A stretch of 64,000 nt of DNA from Candidatus Krumholzibacteriia bacterium (GTDB taxonomy: Bacteria > Krumholzibacteriota > Krumholzibacteriia > LZORAL124-64-63): positions 96,001 to 160,000 of the forward strand of contig JBFXKG010000007.1 of assembly GCA_050174015.1 (NCBI GenBank), written 5' to 3'. A program made the position numbers and the translations under genes. Below, piece after piece: positions 54,682-64,000 of the stretch. The notes beneath the pieces are model-generated. The model was not told where the DNA came from. It ran no database searches and worked only from the letters and a program-made list of their open reading frames with translations. How positions within the stretch are numbered: the stretch's first letter is position 1; each line of letters begins with the position of its first letter.

Positions 54682-56703
54682 ATGGACCCGCGACCCCAGC
54701 TGCTGGACATCGCCCTGCCGGTCCCCCTGGACCGGACCTTCTCCTATGGGCACGGACGGATCGACCCCGGGGTCGTCCGGGCCCAGATCGGCGATCTGGT
54801 CGTGGCGCCGTTCGGCCGGCGGCGGGAAGTCATCGGGCTGGTGGTCGGGGCCGCGGACCTCGAGCCGGGGCGGACCAGCGTGGAAGGCGCGGAGCTGAAG
54901 GACGTCCTCCGGGTGCTGCCGCCGGAATACCGCATCACCGGGGACAGGTTGCGCCTGGGCCGCTGGTTGGCCGGCTACTACGCCCTGCCCCTGGGCGAGG
55001 TCGTGCCGCTGTTCCATCCGCCCGCGCCGGGCACGAGGACCAGGGCCGGGGGCCCGAAGGCGGAGACGCCGTATCCCCTGCAGGATCCCCCGGACATCGT
55101 CCTGACTCCCGATCAGCGCCGGCCGGTGGCCGCGGCGGTGGAGCTGCTGGACGCCGAGACCTACGGCGCCCTGCTGCTGCACGGGGTGACCGGCAGCGGG
55201 AAGACCGAGGTCTACCTGACGGTCATCGCCGAGGCGCTGGCCAGAGGCAGGGACGCGATCTACCTCCTGCCGGAAATCGCCCTGACGCCCCAGACCCTGG
55301 CCCGGATCACCGCCCGGTTCGGGGACCGGGTGGCCGCGATCCACAGCGGGCTGTCGGCGGGGGAACGCTGCCGGGTCCACGAGGCCGCGGCTCGGGGGGA
55401 GATCAAGGTGGTGGTGGGCCCGCGGTCGGCCCTGTTCGCGCCCCTGCGCCGGCTGGGGACGATCGTCGTGGACGAGGAACACGACAATTCCTACAAGCAG
55501 GACGAGAAGCCCCGCTACCACGCCCGTCATGCCGCCCTGGTGCGGGGGCGGGAGAACCGCGCGGTGGTGATCCTGGGATCGGCCACGCCCGACCTGGAAA
55601 CCGTGACGGGAGCCGAGTCGGGCCTGTTCGCCCTGCACGGCCTGCCCGAACGGGTCGGGGCCGGGGATCTGCCCCCGGTGGAGATCGTGGACATGCGGGG
55701 ATCCACGTCGCTCGAGGGCTTCACCTCGGCCTTGACCGAGGCCCTGGGACAGGTCCTGGAGGACAAGCGCCAGGCGTTGATCTACTACAACCGCCGCGGG
55801 TTCGCCCGGGTCATCCAGTGCTCGGCCTGCGGCGAGGCGGCGGAGTGTCCCAACTGCGACATCGGGCTGACCATGCACCTGCGGCCGCGCCGGCTGCTCT
55901 GCCACTACTGCGGCCTGACCCGGCCGATCCCCGACACCTGCCCGGCCTGCGGGGCCGACGCCTTCCTGCCCGCGGGCGGTGGCACCGAAAAGGTGGAACT
56001 CAATCTTCAGGCCCACTTCCCCGAGGCCCGCATCCTGCGCTTCGACCACGATACGACCCGCCGGCGGGGCAGCCACCAGCGCATCCTGTCGGCCTTCGCC
56101 GAGGGCCGGGCCGACATCCTGATCGGCACCCAGATGATCGCCAAGGGCCACCACTTCCCGGCGGTCGCGCTCGTCGGGGTCCTCGCCGCGGACGACGGCC
56201 TGGTCATGCCCGACTTCCGCGCCGCCGAGCGCACGTTCCAGCTGTTGACCCAGGTCGCCGGCCGGTCCGGCCGGACCGGGATCGGCAAGGTCATCTTCCA
56301 GACCTGGAAACCGGACGACCCGGTCATCCTGGCGGCGGCCGGGCACGACCAGCAGGCGTTCCTGGTCCAGGAATTGCCCAACCGCCGGGCGCTGGGGTAC
56401 CCCCCGTACCGACGGCTGGCGCGGGTCGGGTTGCTGGGCCGGAAGCAGGGCATGGTCCAGGAGGCGGCCTCCGGGTTGGCCGCCGCCCTGAGGGGACAGT
56501 TCGCCGGTCCCCGATTGACGGTCCTGGGGCCTGCGCCGGCGGTGTTCGCCAGGCTGCAGGACCGGTTCCGCTTCCAGATCCTGGTCAAGGGATCGCTGAC
56601 CCTGAAGGAGAAGGCCTGGCTGGCCTCCTGTTGCCGCGGGTTGAAGGAGACTTACCGTGGACTGGACGTCTTCCACGACATCGATCCCACGGCGATGTTC
56701 TGA
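54682..56703 (+). CDS. priA: Primosomal protein N' (PriA helicase)
   Basis: HGVTGSGKTEVY, PEIALTPQ, DEEHD.SYKQ, GSATP, NRRGF, four CxxC pairs, GTQMIAKG, PDFRAAERTFQLLTQVAGRSGR. Confidence 0.96.
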   Translation: MDPRPQLLDIALPVPLDRTFSYGHGRIDPGVVRAQIGDLVVAPFGRRREVIGLVVGAADLEPGRTSVEGAELKDVLRVLPPEYRITGDRLRLGRWLAGYYALPLGEVVPLFHPPAPGTRTRAGGPKAETPYPLQDPPDIVLTPDQRRPVAAAVELLDAETYGALLLHGVTGSGKTEVYLTVIAEALARGRDAIYLLPEIALTPQTLARITARFGDRVAAIHSGLSAGERCRVHEAAARGEIKVVVGPRSALFAPLRRLGTIVVDEEHDNSYKQDEKPRYHARHAALVRGRENRAVVILGSATPDLETVTGAESGLFALHGLPERVGAGDLPPVEIVDMRGSTSLEGFTSALTEALGQVLEDKRQALIYYNRRGFARVIQCSACGEAAECPNCDIGLTMHLRPRRLLCHYCGLTRPIPDTCPACGADAFLPAGGGTEKVELNLQAHFPEARILRFDHDTTRRRGSHQRILSAFAEGRADILIGTQMIAKGHHFPAVALVGVLAADDGLVMPDFRAAERTFQLLTQVAGRSGRTGIGKVIFQTWKPDDPVILAAAGHDQQAFLVQELPNRRALGYPPYRRLARVGLLGRKQGMVQEAASGLAAALRGQFAGPRLTVLGPAPAVFARLQDRFRFQILVKGSLTLKEKAWLASCCRGLKETYRGLDVFHDIDPTAMF

Positions 56704-56764
56704 CCCGGCCGGCGCGGGTTTCGGTTCAGTTCGGACGGGGAATGCCGAAAAAACCAATGATTAT

Positions 56765-56792
56765 TTGAAGTCTGGAACGATTCTGGTAGAAT
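56765..56792 (+). promoter_or_regulatory. Putative sigma70 promoter with extended -10
   Basis: TTGAAG, 16-nt spacer, TGgTAGAAT upstream of 56858. Confidence 0.5.
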
Positions 56793-56857
56793 GGTGGCTG
56801 GAATCCACCGCCGGCGGGGTGTCGGCGGTTTCGCTCGCCTCCCGGGAAAGGTACGAC

Positions 56858-59800
56858 ATGCAAGGCAGGACAACCCGCAGGACCGGACAGCTGGCCCTTG
56901 CCCTCTTCGCCCTGGCCGCCCTGGCGGCTCCCCTCGCCGCGGCTGCCGACCGGCCGGCCGCCATGGAGGCTCCCGACCTCCAGGACATCCAGCGCCGCAT
57001 CGACGAGAACGGCTGGAGCTTCGAGGTCACCGACCGTTTCAGCAGCACGCTCACTCCCGAGCAGCGCGCCAACCTGCGGGGCTACAATCCCCCTCCGGGT
57101 TACGAGGACGAACTGCGCAAGCACCTGAAGATCTACCCCGTCGACAAGGCCCTTCCCTCCAGCCTGGACTGGCGGGATCTCGACGGGGTCACCTCCGTCA
57201 AGAACCAGGGCGATTGCGGATCCTGCTGGGCCTTCGCCGCCACCGCGGAGATGGAATCCTTCGTGAAGATCTATTACGGACAGGAACTGGATCTGAGCGA
57301 GCAGCAGGTCGTCTCCTGCAACCCCTACGGGGCCGGCTGCGGCGGCGGCTGGGCTTCGGCGGCCTACTACGTGTTCCGCAACGACGGGGCCGTCATGGAG
57401 AACTGCGCACCCTACGTGGGGATGGATCCCCCCGTCGCCCCCTGCACCCAGGACGACTTCCTGAAGTATGCGACGATCACCGGCTGGAACTACATCGCCA
57501 ACGACGTCGCCCAGATCAAGGCCGCCCTGCAGACCGGACCGGTCTGCACCGCCATCGACGCCGGTCCGGAGTTCGAGGCCTATGGCGGGGGCTGTTACGA
57601 CGTGCCGGGTGGCATGACCAACCACCTGGTCCTCATCGTCGGCTACGACGACCGGGCCTGCAACGGCAACGGCGCCTGGATCATCAAGAACAGCTGGGGC
57701 GCGGATTTCGGCCAGGCGGGATACATCGAGGTCCAGTACGGCGCCGGATCCACGGGCACCAGCTGCACCCAGCTGGTCTACTCGCCGCCGCCGACCACGA
57801 TCACTCTCGACCCCTTCCTGGGCCAGGAGCCCCTGTACGGGGACCAGGAACTGGAGTTGACCTGGACGACCAGCGGCGATCCGGCAGCAACGGTGGACAT
57901 CTGGGTCGGGCTCGCCGGCGACTGCCACGACGTTCCTGTCGCCACGGGCGTACCCAACACCGGCAGCTACCTGTGGACCGTTCCCAACCACGGCACCGCG
58001 TACGCCAGCCTGGTCGTGTTCCCCGGCGGGAACAGCCTGCAGGGCTTCGACCTGCCCGACCGGAATCTCGAAATCATCGGGCACAAGGTCCGCTACGTAT
58101 CCCCGTCGGGAAGCAACACCGCTCCGTACGAGACGCCGCAGACCGCAGCCCACACCATCGGGGCCGCGGTCACCGCCTGCACCGGCACCGATACGGTCCT
58201 GGTCGTGGGGGGCGACTTCAGCGGGTCGGTGACGGTGGCCTCGACCGTCCGGCTGCTCGGGTCCTGGGATCCCACCTTCACCGTCCAGGATTCCGAGGTC
58301 CATCCCACCCGGCTGCAGGGCGGGGGATCGGCCCTGAAGTTCTTCGCGGCCAGCGGGGACTACGGCCTGGTCGAGAAGTTCGTCTTCCATGACTGCGTCG
58401 GGGGCAACTATTCCCAGCCGATGCCCGGGGTCCACGGCGGGGCCATCTACAGCATCAACGCCTCGCCGACCATCCGGGATTGCGTCTTCCAGACCAACCG
58501 CGCGGCGCTGGGCTCGGGCTTCGGGGTCGGGGGCGCGCTCTGCCTGGTCGGAGGGGCTCCGGTGATCGAGAACTGCACCTTCACCGGCAACATCGCCACC
58601 AGGGGCGGAGCCGCGGGCGTGTTCGCGGGGGCCTCGGCCAGCTTCGTCGACTGCGACCTGACGGCCAACAGCTGCAGCGACAGCCTGCCCGACTACTTCG
58701 GAGCGGGGGTCTACGTCCAGGACGCGACCGTGGTCCTCCAGGGTTCCACCCTCGCGGGCAACGGCGGCTCGTACCAGGGCGGCGGCATCTACCTCGACGG
58801 CGGGCAGGTCGAACTGGTCGATGCGGTCCTGAGGAACAACCGCGCCAACCAGAGCGGGGGCGGAGTGCAGGCGGTCGGGGGATCGCTGGTCATGACCCGC
58901 GCCACGGTCGAGGGCAACTCGGCGGGGGCTTCGTTCGGCGGCGGCGTGATGGCCGAGGGGGCCGACCTGGTCCTGCGGAACGTCCGGTTCACCGGAAACG
59001 CGTCGGCCAGCCTGGGCGGGGCCCTGTACACCTCGGCGGTGACCGGCCTGGTCGAGAACTGCCTGGCCGACGGGAACACCGGGGCCCTCGTCGGGGGCCT
59101 GGTGATCCTCAGCGACGCCGGGTTCGCCCTGCGCAACACGGTCATCTACGGGAACACCGGCGGCGGCCTGCTGGGCGGAGGCGCGGCGTTCTCGGCCGAC
59201 TACAACAACGTCTGGAACAACAGCGGCGGGGATTACATCTCCACCGAACCGGGCCCCAACGATCTGGGTTGCGAGCCCCAGTTCGTGGATCTCGGCGGTG
59301 GCGATCCGGGCCTGGGCGTCCATTCGCCCCTGATCGACGCCGGCCAGCCGGGTTGCCTCGATCCCGACGGCTCCCCCTCGGACGTCGGCCTGTGCGGGGG
59401 GCCCGCGGCGGACTTTCCGGCCCCGGCCAGGGTGGGCGGCCTGGCCCTGACCGCCCTGGAGGGCGGCAGCTACCGGCTGGACTGGGTGCCCAACGTCGAG
59501 CCCGACGTGGACCACTACGTGGTCTACCGCGATTCGGCCGAGGTCTTCGTCCCCGCGGCGGGCAAGGCGCTGGGCCAGGTGACCCATCCCACGGCCACCT
59601 TCACGGACACCCCGCCCTTCGCCGAGGGATACTACCTGGTGGTGGCCGTCGATTCCCAGGGCCATGCCGGCGGGTATTCCGAAGCGGTCCTTTTCTCCTC
59701 GTCCGGGCTATCCGGGGCCGGGGATCCCGTCTTGCCGGCGGTCCTGGACATCCGGGGCATCTATCCCAATCCCTTCAACCCCACCACGACCATCCTGTTC

Positions 59801-60016
59801 GAGGTCCCGCTGGACGGCCGCGTCCGGCTGGAGATCTTCGACGTGCGCGGCCGGAAGGTCTGCGGGCTGGTGGATGAGGTCCTGCAGGCGGGGGCGCACC
59901 GCGTCACCTGGAGGGGACGGGATGAACGGGGTTCGGCCGCGGCCTCGGGCATCTACTTCGCCCGGCTCGATGACGGTCACCGCAGGGTGACCACCAAGAT
60001 GGTCCTGGCCCGCTAG
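56858..60016 (+). CDS. Secreted papain-family (C1A) cysteine protease with beta-helix repeats, FN3-like domain and FlgD-Ig C-terminal domain
   Basis: Signal peptide; VKNQGDCGSCWAF, LSEQQVVSC, NHLVLIVGY, IIKNSWG; GGAIY/FxxN repeats; YPNPFNPTT...ASGIYFARL. Confidence 0.9.
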   Translation: MQGRTTRRTGQLALALFALAALAAPLAAAADRPAAMEAPDLQDIQRRIDENGWSFEVTDRFSSTLTPEQRANLRGYNPPPGYEDELRKHLKIYPVDKALPSSLDWRDLDGVTSVKNQGDCGSCWAFAATAEMESFVKIYYGQELDLSEQQVVSCNPYGAGCGGGWASAAYYVFRNDGAVMENCAPYVGMDPPVAPCTQDDFLKYATITGWNYIANDVAQIKAALQTGPVCTAIDAGPEFEAYGGGCYDVPGGMTNHLVLIVGYDDRACNGNGAWIIKNSWGADFGQAGYIEVQYGAGSTGTSCTQLVYSPPPTTITLDPFLGQEPLYGDQELELTWTTSGDPAATVDIWVGLAGDCHDVPVATGVPNTGSYLWTVPNHGTAYASLVVFPGGNSLQGFDLPDRNLEIIGHKVRYVSPSGSNTAPYETPQTAAHTIGAAVTACTGTDTVLVVGGDFSGSVTVASTVRLLGSWDPTFTVQDSEVHPTRLQGGGSALKFFAASGDYGLVEKFVFHDCVGGNYSQPMPGVHGGAIYSINASPTIRDCVFQTNRAALGSGFGVGGALCLVGGAPVIENCTFTGNIATRGGAAGVFAGASASFVDCDLTANSCSDSLPDYFGAGVYVQDATVVLQGSTLAGNGGSYQGGGIYLDGGQVELVDAVLRNNRANQSGGGVQAVGGSLVMTRATVEGNSAGASFGGGVMAEGADLVLRNVRFTGNASASLGGALYTSAVTGLVENCLADGNTGALVGGLVILSDAGFALRNTVIYGNTGGGLLGGGAAFSADYNNVWNNSGGDYISTEPGPNDLGCEPQFVDLGGGDPGLGVHSPLIDAGQPGCLDPDGSPSDVGLCGGPAADFPAPARVGGLALTALEGGSYRLDWVPNVEPDVDHYVVYRDSAEVFVPAAGKALGQVTHPTATFTDTPPFAEGYYLVVAVDSQGHAGGYSEAVLFSSSGLSGAGDPVLPAVLDIRGIYPNPFNPTTTILFEVPLDGRVRLEIFDVRGRKVCGLVDEVLQAGAHRVTWRGRDERGSAAASGIYFARLDDGHRRVTTKMVLAR

Positions 60017-60069
60017 GGCACGGGGATCGACGACGATTGCGATGACGCCCACGGTCCCGGCCGTGGGCG

Positions 60070-61257
60070 TCAGTCCAACCAGCGAAGGATCTCCTCGGTC
60101 CGCACCTGGCCGAAGATGTTCATCTGACCCAGCCCGCGGGGCAGCACCCAGTTGAGCCCCTGGCGGCTGGTCTGCTTCTTGTCGCCCTGGAGCATCCGCT
60201 CCAGTTCGGCCGGATCGGGCGCGGGATGGCTCACCGGCAGCCCGCAGGCTTCCAGCAATTCCACCATCTGCACGGCCGCGGGCAGGGGGCACTCGCCCCG
60301 CTGGGCGGCGACCCGGAAGACGACGGCCATGCCGATGGCGACGGCCTGCCCGTGGCTCAAGGGGGTCCCGCTGCGGTGGCTGATGGCCTCCAGGGCGTGG
60401 CCCAGGGTGTGACCCAGATTGAGGCTGCGTCGCAGGCCGCCCTCCTGGAAGTCCCGCGTGACGATGCGGGCCTTGACCGAGGCCGCACGTCCGATCCACG
60501 AGGTCCAGTCGAGACTGCCGAGCACCCCGGGCACGGGGCCGTCGGCATCCGGACCGGCGAAGAGGTTGAACAGCCGCGGTCTGGCCTCGTGCATCTCCCG
60601 GAAGAGTTCCGGATCGCCGATGGCTGCCGTCTTGATGAGCTCGGCCAGGCCGTCGCGCCAGGCGCCGCGCGGCAGGGAGCAGAGGAACCCGGGATCGGCG
60701 AGGATGCCCGAGGCGGGATGGAAGCAGCCCACCGGGTTCTTCAGGCCGGCGGCGTTGACGGCGGTCTTGCCGCCGATGCTGGCGTCCACCATGGCCAGCA
60801 GGGTCGTGGGGACGGACACGAAGCCCACTCCCCGGCGCCAGGTCGCCGCGGCCATCCCCGCCAGGTCCAGCAAGGCCCCGCCGCCGATCCCCACGATGAC
60901 TCCGTCCCGCGCCAGGCGGCCACCGGCCAGCCACTCGTAAACCTCCTCCAGTCGCCCCAGGGTCTTGCATCCCTCGCCGCCGGGCAGGATGAGGGTGCGG
61001 GGGGAGGGGTGGCCGCAGGCCTGGTGGATCTGTTCGAGCCAGGGAGCGTGGCCGGAGGCCACAGCCTGGTCGAGGATGACCACCGGAGGGGGATGGGGGA
61101 CGAACGCCCCCAGTTCGAGGCAGGCCAGCGGACCCAGCACGTATGTGCTGGACCGGCCCCCGAGGGTCATGCCGATGCGGATCGGGCGCGTGCTCACGAT
61201 GAGGATCTCCAGGGAAAAGGTCCGCGGAAAACCCAGTCTGTCGAGGGTGTTTTCCAT
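60070..61257 (-). CDS. aroB: 3-dehydroquinate synthase
   Basis: GEGCKT, IGGGALLDLAG, PTTLLAMVDASIGGKTAVN, GLAELIK, LNLGHTLGHALE, HGQAVAIGM, DKK; start uncertain. Confidence 0.93.
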   Translation of the reverse strand: MENTLDRLGFPRTFSLEILIVSTRPIRIGMTLGGRSSTYVLGPLACLELGAFVPHPPPVVILDQAVASGHAPWLEQIHQACGHPSPRTLILPGGEGCKTLGRLEEVYEWLAGGRLARDGVIVGIGGGALLDLAGMAAATWRRGVGFVSVPTTLLAMVDASIGGKTAVNAAGLKNPVGCFHPASGILADPGFLCSLPRGAWRDGLAELIKTAAIGDPELFREMHEARPRLFNLFAGPDADGPVPGVLGSLDWTSWIGRAASVKARIVTRDFQEGGLRRSLNLGHTLGHALEAISHRSGTPLSHGQAVAIGMAVVFRVAAQRGECPLPAAVQMVELLEACGLPVSHPAPDPAELERMLQGDKKQTSRQGLNWVLPRGLGQMNIFGQVRTEEILRWLD

Positions 61258-61430
61258 CCGGCAGGTGTTCGGGAAACCCTTGTAGTGAAAGTGACTATCA
61301 CTATCGCAAGCTTGCCGAATCCGGCGGGGGTTTCCCTTGTTTCCGCCGTCGGGGAGGACTACTTTAACCGTGCCGGAACATCGGATTCTACACTCCGGCC
61401 GCGATGATTACCACCAAAGGAGTGATCTCC

Positions 61431-62036
61431 ATGAGTTCCCCAAACGCTGCAGCCGCCACCGGCCAGATGGTCGAGATTCGCTGGCACGCGCGGGGCGGGC
61501 AGGGCGCCAAGACGGCTGCCATGTTCCTGGCCGAGGCGGTGCTGGAAAAGGGAAAGTACGGTCAGGGATTCCCCGAATACGGCCCCGAGCGCCGCGGCGC
61601 CCCCATGCGGGGCTATACCCGCATCAGCGAGAGACCCATCCGCCGGCATTGCATGATCGAGAATCCGGGCATCGTCATCGTCCTGGATCCGAGCCTGCTG
61701 GATTCCCCCGCCGCAGGCGTGACCGCCGGCACGGGCAAGGGCACCGTGTTCCTGGTCAACACCACCGAATCGCCCGCCTTCATCCGCGACAAGCTGAAGG
61801 TCAAGGACGCCAAGGTCTTCACCGTCGATGCCACCGGCATCGCTCTCGATACCATCGGCCGCCCGATCCCCAACATGCCCATGATCGGCGCCCTGCTGGC
61901 CGTGGACGACATGATGACCGTCGAGGAGCTCAAGGGAGCCCTGGTCGGCCAGCTCAGCAGCAAGTTTTCCCAGGCCGTGATCGACGGCAACCTGGCCGCC
62001 GTGGACCGGGCCAACAAGGAGTTGGTGTCCGAATGA
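61431..62036 (+). CDS. porC: Pyruvate/2-ketoisovalerate:ferredoxin oxidoreductase gamma subunit
   Basis: EIRWHARGGQGAKTA, PEYGPERRGAP, VDATGIA...PNMPMIGAL. Confidence 0.92.
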   Translation: MSSPNAAAATGQMVEIRWHARGGQGAKTAAMFLAEAVLEKGKYGQGFPEYGPERRGAPMRGYTRISERPIRRHCMIENPGIVIVLDPSLLDSPAAGVTAGTGKGTVFLVNTTESPAFIRDKLKVKDAKVFTVDATGIALDTIGRPIPNMPMIGALLAVDDMMTVEELKGALVGQLSSKFSQAVIDGNLAAVDRANKELVSE

Positions 62037-62341
62037 GTTTCATCAAGACCAAAGAGCTGCCTGAAGGCGGCATCATCCGTGAGGCGGGAAACGCCCACGA
62101 CTACAAGACCGGCGACTGGCGGACGTTCGTCCCGCAGTTCGTCGAGGAGAACTGCATCCACTGCATGTTCTGCTGGATCTACTGCCCCGATTCGGCCATC
62201 GAGATCGACACCACCGGCGGGAAGCCCCTGATGAAGGGCATCATCCTGGACCACTGCAAGGGCTGCGGCATCTGCGCCCACGAGTGTCCTCCCGTCAAGA
62301 AGGGCAAGGCCGCCCTGGTCATGGTCCGCGAAGAGAAGTAG
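62033..62341 (+). CDS. porD: Pyruvate/2-ketoisovalerate:ferredoxin oxidoreductase delta subunit
   Basis: KTGDWRTFVP, CIHCMFCWIYCPD, CKGCGICAHECP. Confidence 0.92.
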   Translation: MSFIKTKELPEGGIIREAGNAHDYKTGDWRTFVPQFVEENCIHCMFCWIYCPDSAIEIDTTGGKPLMKGIILDHCKGCGICAHECPPVKKGKAALVMVREEK

Positions 62342-62367
62342 CGCCCAGCGCCGGAAAGGATAGAGTC

Positions 62368-63543
62368 ATGAAACAGAAACTCGTGGCGCTGTCGGGAAAC
62401 GAAGCGGTGGCCTACGCCTTCAAGCAGGCCAGACCCCACGTGGCGTCCGCTTTCCCCATCACGCCCCAGACCGAGATGATGCACAAGTTCGCCGAGTTCG
62501 TGGCCAACGGCGAATCGACCACGGAGATGATCCTGGTCGAGAGCGAGCATTCGGCCATGAGCGCGGCCGTGGGTTCGGCCGCCGCCGGCGCCCGCACCTT
62601 CACGGCCACCAGCAGCGCCGGGTTCGCCCTGATGTGGGAGGTCGTCTACATCGCCGCCTCCCTGCGCCTGCCCATCTGCATGGCCCTGGTGAACCGGGCC
62701 CTCAGCGGGAACATCAACATCCACTGCGACCACAGCGACAGCATGGGCGGCCGTGACGCCGGCTGGATCCACCTGTTCAGCGAGAACGCCCAGGAATCCT
62801 ACGACAACGCCGTGATGGCCTGGCGGATCGCCGAGCACATGGACGTCCGCCTGCCGGTGATGGTCAACTACGACGGCTTCATCATCAGCCACACCGCCGA
62901 CAGCCTGCACATGCTGCCCGACGACGTGGCCTACGACTTCATCGGCAAGTACAAGCCCGCCTACACCCTGCTGGACGTCGAGAACCCCATCACGGTCGGT
63001 CCCCTGGATCTGACCGACTACTACTTCGAGCACAAGACCAGCCAGCTGGCCGCCTACGCCAAGGCCGCCGAGGTGGTCCAGAAGGTCAGCGAGGAGTACG
63101 GCGCCCTGACCGGCCGCACCTACGAGTACTGCGAGGAGTACAAGCTGGACGACGCCGACCTGGTCATGGTGATCCTGGGGTCGAGCGCCGGCACCGCCAA
63201 GGACGTCATCGACGACTACCGTGCCAAGGGCGTCAAGGCCGGGCTGCTGAAGATCCGGATGTTCCGCCCCTTCCCGGCGAAGTACATCGCCGAGAAGCTC
63301 GCCGGCCGCAAGGCCGTCGCGGTGCTCGACCGTTCGGCCAGCTTCGGCGGGTTCGGCGGTCCGGTGTTCACCGAGGTGCGCTCGGCGATGTACGGCCAGC
63401 AGGTGCCCCTGCACGGCTACATCTACGGGCTGGGCGGACGCGACTTCGACCTCGGACAGGTCGCCACCGTCATCGAGAACCTGAAGAAGGTCGCCGCCGG
63501 CGGCCGGGTCGAGGACATCAACCTGCTGGGCGTCAGGCTCTAG
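62368..63543 (+). CDS. porA: Pyruvate/2-ketoisovalerate:ferredoxin oxidoreductase alpha subunit
   Basis: SGNEAVA, FPITPQT, ESEHSAMS, TATSSAG, NRALS, DHSD, YGLGGRD. Confidence 0.94.
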   Translation: MKQKLVALSGNEAVAYAFKQARPHVASAFPITPQTEMMHKFAEFVANGESTTEMILVESEHSAMSAAVGSAAAGARTFTATSSAGFALMWEVVYIAASLRLPICMALVNRALSGNINIHCDHSDSMGGRDAGWIHLFSENAQESYDNAVMAWRIAEHMDVRLPVMVNYDGFIISHTADSLHMLPDDVAYDFIGKYKPAYTLLDVENPITVGPLDLTDYYFEHKTSQLAAYAKAAEVVQKVSEEYGALTGRTYEYCEEYKLDDADLVMVILGSSAGTAKDVIDDYRAKGVKAGLLKIRMFRPFPAKYIAEKLAGRKAVAVLDRSASFGGFGGPVFTEVRSAMYGQQVPLHGYIYGLGGRDFDLGQVATVIENLKKVAAGGRVEDINLLGVRL

Positions 63544-63559
63544 GAAAGGAGGCACGGAC

Positions 63560-64000
63560 ATGGTCGTCAATCTCAAGACATTGACCCAGAACGAAGACCT
63601 CCTCAGCGGAGGGCATCGGGCCTGCGCCGGCTGCACGGGGTCGAACATCCTGCGTCAGATCATGCTGACCGCGGGGAAGGACACCGTCGTCGGCGGGGCC
63701 ACCGGATGCATGGAGGTGGTCACCACCATCTTCCCCTACACCGCCTGGCGGACCTCGTTCATCCACAGCGCGTTCGAGAACTGCGCCGCGACCGTCAGCG
63801 GCGTCGAGACCGCGTTCCGGTCCCTGAAGAAGCACGGCGACCTGCCGGTGCAGCGCGAGAAGATGAACTTCATCGCGTTCGGCGGGGACGGCGGCACCTA
63901 CGACATCGGCATCCAGTCGCTGTCCGGGGCCATGGAGCGCGGCCACAACATGCTGTACGTCTGCTACGACAACGAGGCTTACATGAACACCGGCATCCAG
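63560..64000 (+). CDS. porB: Pyruvate/2-ketoisovalerate:ferredoxin oxidoreductase beta subunit, 3'-truncated
   Basis: AAGGAGG SD; GHRACAGC, TGCMEV, GGDGGTYDIG.QSLSG, YDNEAYMNTGIQ (TPP-binding); runs off the window end. Confidence 0.93.
   Translation, partial: MVVNLKTLTQNEDLLSGGHRACAGCTGSNILRQIMLTAGKDTVVGGATGCMEVVTTIFPYTAWRTSFIHSAFENCAATVSGVETAFRSLKKHGDLPVQREKMNFIAFGGDGGTYDIGIQSLSGAMERGHNMLYVCYDNEAYMNTGIQ

Overview
High-GC bacterial chromosomal segment. The FlgD-Ig C-terminal sorting domain and the DUF4159/DUF4175/DUF4783 gene set suggest an FCB-related candidate phylum such as Krumholzibacteriota or Latescibacterota; this is inference only. Housekeeping genes (ricT/yaaT, tatD, rsmA, secD-secF, nnr, tsaD, priA, aroB, pyruvate:ferredoxin oxidoreductase gamma-delta-alpha-beta) frame three accessory blocks. 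(1) A lower-GC insert (about 612-3540) encodes a lipoprotein fusing an alpha/beta-hydrolase to an FGE-sulfatase-like domain. (2) The highlight is a 15-kb minus-strand cluster (14416-29404). It holds two OmcS-family cytochromes (one hexaheme with close motif-by-motif similarity to the Geobacter OmcS nanowire subunit, one with a seventh C-terminal heme), a single 42-CxxCH polyheme cytochrome, an NHL beta-propeller, a SurA/PpiC-like chaperone, two CsgG/GNA1162-like proteins, an outer-membrane beta-barrel and a heptaheme cytochrome. Together these look like a complete cytochrome-nanowire/extracellular electron transfer system with 62 heme motifs, in an apparently non-Geobacter host, with a DUF222/HNH gene between the two omcS paralogues. 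(3) A sigma54-preceded cyclic-dinucleotide signalling operon carries REC-GGDEF, two histidine kinase/HD-GYP fusions and two stand-alone receivers. No rRNA, tRNA or CRISPR array was seen. All family calls come from motif recognition by eye, not from database searches.
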